A stretch of 64,000 nt of DNA, taken from the IMG/VR virus record IMGVR_UViG_643886092_000009; one strand, written 5' to 3'. The notes below the pieces were generated by a model. It had not been told where the DNA came from, did not search any database, and worked only from the letters and a program-made list of their open reading frames with translations. A program made the translations under genes and the position numbers. Origin of the DNA: an uncultured virus (IMG/VR IMGVR_UViG_643886092_000009). Its lineage: Duplodnaviria > Heunggongvirae > Uroviricota > Caudoviricetes. This document shows positions 59,138 through 64,000 of the stretch, piece by piece; the first letter of the stretch is position 1; each line of letters begins with the position of its first letter.

Positions 59138-60109
59138 ATGTCAAATGCTATTTTAATAGATGTACAAGATAATAAAGAATTAATGGCAAGACTTACAAAT
59201 GTAGCAGACCATTTATCTCCATATAGAGTAGTAGAAAGAAGAGGTTTCTTTCCAATTCGTAAAGACGTAGAAGTACAATTTGATAACTATAGAAAATATA
59301 AACCCGAAGTATTCTTTAGCCCTGAGGAACTAAAAGAATATAATAACTACTTAGAATTTCGTGAGAAACTGAAAAATGTTTTAACATATGGTAATGTAAC
59401 TTTAAATTTAGGAATTAAACTAGAAGGTAAAAAGAATCTTTCAGACGCATATCTTGACTATGTGATTGAATTAATTATGGAAAAAGATGGAGACGCAAGT
59501 AAACTAGAAGTTAACTTAGATAAGTTCTATATTAAATTAGAAGGTAGTAAAGTGTACAAATTCAACCAGTATAAACGTATGTATGAAAGAGTACAAGAGG
59601 GATATCGAATTATTAATGATTTACAAGGTAAAGAAGACCCTTATTATGTAAAGATTCCAATTAACCGTAATACACTACCATTTTTAGATAAGAACAAGAA
59701 TGGTTTAACAGCTAAATACTTATACAGTTATACATTCAAAAAGAATTTACGTACAGACCGATTAATTCAACGTTTCTTAACTGAATTTGAATCATCAGAC
59801 AGTATTGAAATTACAGATTTATCATTTAATAAAAACTATGTTTACTTAGATATTGTTTGTTCTGCGATTCGTCAGAAAGAGGTAATTGCAATCTTCAAGC
59901 ATGTATTTGATGAAACAGGTGATAACAAATTAAAAGACTATTATGTTATGGTACAAGTACACAATATGAACCTGTCACTAGAAAATGAGCATTCTTACTT
60001 TATTCTAGAAGGAGACTGTAAGTTTCAAATAGGGGAACTTGAAATTCTATCTGATAATTTCATGGAATTTCCGATGTATTGGTTAAGTAACGGTGAATCT
60101 TACTGTTAA
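59138..60109 (+). CDS. family I paralog 2
   Basis: RKDV, IPINRNT, IEITD, VYLDIVC. Confidence 0.85.
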   Translation: MSNAILIDVQDNKELMARLTNVADHLSPYRVVERRGFFPIRKDVEVQFDNYRKYKPEVFFSPEELKEYNNYLEFREKLKNVLTYGNVTLNLGIKLEGKKNLSDAYLDYVIELIMEKDGDASKLEVNLDKFYIKLEGSKVYKFNQYKRMYERVQEGYRIINDLQGKEDPYYVKIPINRNTLPFLDKNKNGLTAKYLYSYTFKKNLRTDRLIQRFLTEFESSDSIEITDLSFNKNYVYLDIVCSAIRQKEVIAIFKHVFDETGDNKLKDYYVMVQVHNMNLSLENEHSYFILEGDCKFQIGELEILSDNFMEFPMYWLSNGESYC

Positions 60110-60205
60110 ACGATATAATTTTAAAGGTAACTTATCTTTTCATACAAGGACTATATGTTTAAAAGCATGTAGTCTTTTTATTTACTAACTTTTAGTAGAA
60201 CTAAC

Positions 60206-60234
60206 TTGACAAAACAGGTAACTTTTGGTATAAT
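60206..60234 (+). promoter_or_regulatory. sigmaA promoter
   Basis: TTGACA-N17-TATAAT; preceded by a terminator at about 60147-60180. Confidence 0.85.
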
Positions 60235-60289
60235 AGAAGAGTAATAAAATTCAGCTTACAAGGTAGTAAGCAATCAGGAGGTACTGATA

Positions 60290-61207
60290 ATGGAGAAAGT
60301 AAGCAAAGAAAGAGAACAAACTGGGTTTTTCATTCAAGTATTGGAAGGTGAATTAGAAAAACGCAAAAACCTTTCAGAAAAAGTATTAGAAACTCACTCG
60401 AACGGGGTATCGAATCTACATATCTTTCCTTATCGTAAGAAAGTAGAGTTAAAACAAGATATTTTAGATTTAGACGTGATGTCTTATACCTATAGTTATT
60501 TAGAAGAAGATATAAACAAATATACTTCTTTACGTAAACTGATAAAGAAAGCCTTTAACGAGGAAGTTTTCGATTCCTTAACGTTTAAGGAGAAGGAAGA
60601 GTTGTTCTTCAAGCAAGGAAACAATGAAGTAGTCTATACAGATAAAAATTACAAGAAACATACAGTTACAAAAGAAGAATATGATTTATTCTTTAAGAGA
60701 CGAAAAGCATATAATCAAGCGATGGAATTTTACAATGTTAGAGAACATGTAAACTCCGAAGATTACTTACCAATTAACAGAGCCACAAAGCATTATATTA
60801 AATTTAATAAAGAACAAGTATTGGTTTCACTTAGACTTGAGTCATCTAATTATAGAACAGGTAGAATTACAAGTAAATTCATTTCTTGTCTCCAAAACTT
60901 TATAAAAGATACGGGTATTGAAATTGTGAACATTGACCAAACGGAAAATGCTACTTATGTAAACCTTTTAAGTGAGAAAGAGAATTTCATGTTAAACGGT
61001 TTAAGAGAAGTAATTAGTCAATGTGAGTTATATAGAACAGAAGAAAGTTTCAATTACAACTTAGAAGTAGAAATAGAACGAAATTTACATCAAGAAAACT
61101 ATAGTAAAGATTGGTATTACTTCTTTACTGGAAATAAGTACGAAGAATTAAAAGATATGTTTAAGAAACAGGAATCAAACTTCTTAGCACATCCATTATA
61201 TAAATAA
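60290..61207 (+). CDS. family I paralog 3
   Basis: YRKKV, LPINRAT, IEIVN, YVNLL. Confidence 0.85.
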   Translation: MEKVSKEREQTGFFIQVLEGELEKRKNLSEKVLETHSNGVSNLHIFPYRKKVELKQDILDLDVMSYTYSYLEEDINKYTSLRKLIKKAFNEEVFDSLTFKEKEELFFKQGNNEVVYTDKNYKKHTVTKEEYDLFFKRRKAYNQAMEFYNVREHVNSEDYLPINRATKHYIKFNKEQVLVSLRLESSNYRTGRITSKFISCLQNFIKDTGIEIVNIDQTENATYVNLLSEKENFMLNGLREVISQCELYRTEESFNYNLEVEIERNLHQENYSKDWYYFFTGNKYEELKDMFKKQESNFLAHPLYK

Positions 61208-61224
61208 AAGTAGGAGGGTAAACA

Positions 61225-61440
61225 ATGAATCACATGGATAAAGTTTGTATCATACTTGGGGTAGACTTATTTGAAAAGTTTAATATCATAAAAGAGCGTC
61301 CTAACATATTCCAAAAGAATATCAGAAACCCTTACTACTTTACTGACGAGGGTTTAATGAATAGTTTCGGTGTGTTAGATAATCAATTTCTAGCAGACTT
61401 ACTTGTTGGTAGTTTAAAACTAGAGAAAGTAAACAGGTAA
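61225..61440 (+). CDS. hypothetical protein
   Basis: AGGAGG RBS. Confidence 0.7.
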   Translation: MNHMDKVCIILGVDLFEKFNIIKERPNIFQKNIRNPYYFTDEGLMNSFGVLDNQFLADLLVGSLKLEKVNR

Positions 61441-61441
61441 G

Positions 61442-61819
61442 GTGGTTAAAATGGACAAAACCGTTTATGTAGAACTAAGAGAATCACCAACAACTGGATA
61501 TATTTCAGTTTCCAATATGTTTCACATGAAAGACCTAGAATCTAAGTATGAACACTACGTAGAAATATGTAAGAGTATTGGTAACAGGTATGAGTCTTTG
61601 AAGGGGTATGAACTATCATTTCTATTATTAACTGTCACATATGATGGTAGAAAAAGAAGTATAACCGATGAAGACATTATGAAGGCTATGCTTAAACTAG
61701 GTTACGTTACACAAGTAGGAAACAGTATGTTAGGTGGATTTTATTTAAAAACACCTAAGTTAACTCAATTATTAGCAGACAAACTAGCTGAAAGAAAGTC
61801 TTTAGTTGGTATAATATAA
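61442..61819 (+). CDS. hypothetical protein
   Basis: 125-aa ORF. Confidence 0.7.
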   Translation: MVKMDKTVYVELRESPTTGYISVSNMFHMKDLESKYEHYVEICKSIGNRYESLKGYELSFLLLTVTYDGRKRSITDEDIMKAMLKLGYVTQVGNSMLGGFYLKTPKLTQLLADKLAERKSLVGII

Positions 61820-61889
61820 GGGGTAGGTCATTAGACTTACCTCTTTCTTTATACCTACATTTGACATTTTAGGTAACTTATGGTATACT
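61820..61889 (+). promoter_or_regulatory. terminator plus sigmaA promoter cassette
   Basis: GGGGTAGGTC / GACTTACCTC hairpin, then TTGACA(61861)-N17-TATACT. Confidence 0.85.
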
Positions 61890-61972
61890 ATAATAGTAAA
61901 GTTATGAGATTTATAGAGGTAGTTATCTTTCTAAACCATACCTTTACAAATAAAACTGAAGAGGTGTTTTAA

Positions 61973-63013
61973 GTGTCAAACTTAAACGTAACAAACCATG
62001 ATGATGTAGCTTATACTGAATTAACAGGCAATAGTCTTTTAGTTCGTATAACACCAAACGATTCTACATGTTTTCGTAATACTCTAGTAACAAAACTGAA
62101 TATTGCATTAGGATTTGATATTCTTGATAATGTAGACACATCAAATGTTATTATGTACAGAAAAGATGTATCTATAGACAATGTAAGTATTAAGAGTTCT
62201 GAGGAATACTGTAAGTTCTTTAGAACAGATTATAATACAAAGGTATTAGATGTATTAGACTTATCACTAAGAGAGTCCATTTCCAGTAGAAGATTAGATA
62301 CAGAAGAGAGTGAGTATCTAGAGCAGTGGGGTATCGAAGAAGGAACTGATATAGAAGTTCATTTAAAAGAAGCCTTAAAACTGTTTTTAAAATATAATGG
62401 TTCAGATTATGCATTAAACGTAGCAGGTTTAAATACGAAGCATACTTTTGAAGTAGGAGACGTTGAAAGATATTTAAAATATTTATCAGAAGATAATAAA
62501 CTTAGTTTATTCAAATTAATACGTTCAAGATTAAATACAAACAATAACCTACCAATTAACTATGCTACAAAAGATTTTATTAAGGTCAAGAAAGGAAAAA
62601 CTTTGGTAAGCGTTACAGTAAACGATGATTACGATTCAAGTGAGTTAATCAATAAATTCATTACAGAGTTGAATAAACTACATGAAGGTGTAGTAGATTT
62701 TGTTAACTTTGCAAAAGAACGAGGTAGAATTCATTTTAACATTTTATGTGACAATAAAGACGCACAAGATATGTTAGACTTAATTGCTCTTTTATATACT
62801 AACTTATATGGAGAAACAAGCCTAGGTATAAGAGAAGACTTTTATTGTAATATTGAAATTGAGAAAAGTCTATCTCATGAGGGTTATGAACGTGATATCT
62901 ATTGTATTGTTCAGGGGTATGAATTTGAACCCGTTATAAGTTTCTTAGAAGAGTTAAGAGCAGAAGACGAGTCAAGATACGAAACAGATATGGTTAAGCT
63001 AATTATAGGTTAG
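61973..63013 (+). CDS. family I paralog 4
   Basis: YRKDV, LPINYAT, IHFNILC. Confidence 0.85.
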   Translation: MSNLNVTNHDDVAYTELTGNSLLVRITPNDSTCFRNTLVTKLNIALGFDILDNVDTSNVIMYRKDVSIDNVSIKSSEEYCKFFRTDYNTKVLDVLDLSLRESISSRRLDTEESEYLEQWGIEEGTDIEVHLKEALKLFLKYNGSDYALNVAGLNTKHTFEVGDVERYLKYLSEDNKLSLFKLIRSRLNTNNNLPINYATKDFIKVKKGKTLVSVTVNDDYDSSELINKFITELNKLHEGVVDFVNFAKERGRIHFNILCDNKDAQDMLDLIALLYTNLYGETSLGIREDFYCNIEIEKSLSHEGYERDIYCIVQGYEFEPVISFLEELRAEDESRYETDMVKLIIG

Positions 63014-63019
63014 ATTAAA

Positions 63020-63124
63020 CTAGGTATTCCAGTTTATTGACTCCTAATATCCTATTGGCACGTAGGTTTTAAATAGTTACAATATATCTTGGTCGTTATA
63101 TTGTAGGAACAAGTCAATAAACTG
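63020..63124. ncRNA. candidate three-way-junction structured element
   Basis: 13-bp perfect closing stem around two internal hairpins. Confidence 0.4.
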
Positions 63125-63136
63125 TTAACCATAACG

Positions 63137-63206
63137 GGATAAGTCATTTAGACTTATCCTTTTATTTTTGGTTGAACTTGACAAATAAAGAAACATATGG
63201 TATAAT
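63137..63206 (+). promoter_or_regulatory. terminator plus sigmaA promoter cassette
   Basis: GGATAAGTC / GACTTATCC with T-tail, then TTGACA(63178)-N17-TATAAT. Confidence 0.85.
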
Positions 63207-63266
63207 ATAAGAGTAAGCAAAATAAATCCTACAAGAGAGTAGGTAAGGAACAGGAGAGACTGTTAA

Positions 63267-64000
63267 ATGAACAAAGTAGATGAAGTAAGACCAGTAGAGG
63301 AAGATGTAATTGTATTTAATTCAACAGGTAAGCTACATAAGGATAAAAACCTTTTAACTGAAAAGAGAACTAAAGTATTTGAGTTGATAACTTCTCTTAG
63401 AAATAGTTTAAAACCAGAACCAAAGTCAAAAACATATTATTACAGAAAGTCAGTAAAATTAGATTTAGAACAAGCAGATAAAGATTCTAATTCTATGGAA
63501 GAATTAGATAAAGATATAAAACGTAGGGTTAGTCAGTTCAATACATTTGTTATGAACCGTCTGAAAAGAGGGACTTTAGGACAGTATTATCCTTTTAGTG
63601 AGATAGAAGATTTAGACAAGTATAAATTTAAAGACATCAAATTTTTACGTAATAAAGTAATAGAAGAGTACAAAACAATTACGTTTACTTCTTTGTCAGG
63701 TGAAGAGTTAACAATAACAGAAGAAGAATATGAATTACATTCTCACCATATGAAGTTAAGTTCAAAAGGTAAACATCTATTTAGAGTATTAAACGAATTA
63801 GGTTATTGGATAGAAGACATGAGGGAGGAAGAAAGAATTCCTGTAATGTGGAAGACAATACCTTATATCCAGTTTGAAGATAATAAAACGTTTGTAGAGT
63901 TCAGTTTTAGTACATTATTTTCAGATATGGAAACAAAGACGAATATAATTATCAATCAACTTATAACTGAATTAGAGAAAACAGAAGGTATCGAAGTTGT
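63267..64000 (+). CDS. family I paralog 5 (runs off the window end; not in ORF track)
   Basis: open frame from ATG63267; YRKSV, IPVMWKTIPYI, GIEV. Confidence 0.75.
   Translation, partial: MNKVDEVRPVEEDVIVFNSTGKLHKDKNLLTEKRTKVFELITSLRNSLKPEPKSKTYYYRKSVKLDLEQADKDSNSMEELDKDIKRRVSQFNTFVMNRLKRGTLGQYYPFSEIEDLDKYKFKDIKFLRNKVIEEYKTITFTSLSGEELTITEEEYELHSHHMKLSSKGKHLFRVLNELGYWIEDMREEERIPVMWKTIPYIQFEDNKTFVEFSFSTLFSDMETKTNIIINQLITELEKTEGIEV

Noticed and set aside
426..62414. All minus-strand ORFs in the ORF track (for example 39857..40408, 27111..27365, 6525..6884)
   Set aside because: Each lies antisense to a well-supported + strand gene and has the F/S/L/I-rich composition of shadow frames.
63030..63070. 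TGGCACGTAGGTTT resembles part of a purine riboswitch
   Set aside because: The other conserved elements (UAUAAU, UCUACC, CCGUAAA, GACUA) are missing, and the site lies downstream of a gene, before a terminator.
1..64000. CRISPR array, tRNA, rRNA, IS/transposase, integrase, reverse transcriptase
   Set aside because: No regularly spaced direct repeats or diagnostic motifs seen. The HTH repeats lack a recombinase or transposase catalytic domain.

Overview
A low-GC (about 30% by eye), densely coded segment in which essentially every credible gene is on the + strand. Bacillus-type signals (perfect sigmaA promoters, strong RBSs) point to a large Bacillus-group mobile element, either a megaplasmid or a jumbo phage; no virion or conjugation genes lie in this window, so it cannot decide which. 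It carries its own DNA-metabolism genes: type IIA topoisomerase B and A subunits, DnaB-like helicase, a stand-alone primase CHC2 zinc finger, a degenerate DnaC-like protein, RuvC-like resolvase, a truncated NAD-dependent ligase, dimeric dUTPase and a CoiA-like nuclease. It also encodes two lipoproteins (a non-specific nuclease and an M15 DD-carboxypeptidase) and an acidic-tract/ParB/HNH fusion. The dominant feature is tandem expansion of uncharacterised gene families: 5 genes carrying 20 diverged HTH modules, 8 paralogs of a ~210-aa domain, 5 paralogs of a ~330-aa protein, about 14 small multi-TM proteins, and several pairs and triplets. Non-coding signals include 13 near-identical sigmaA promoters, a dispersed 3-copy fixed-spacing motif, two structured-RNA candidates (one with an H-type pseudoknot), a strongly strand-polarised GGGGTA hexamer and apparent GATC avoidance. 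All calls come from reading motifs by eye; no database searches were run.
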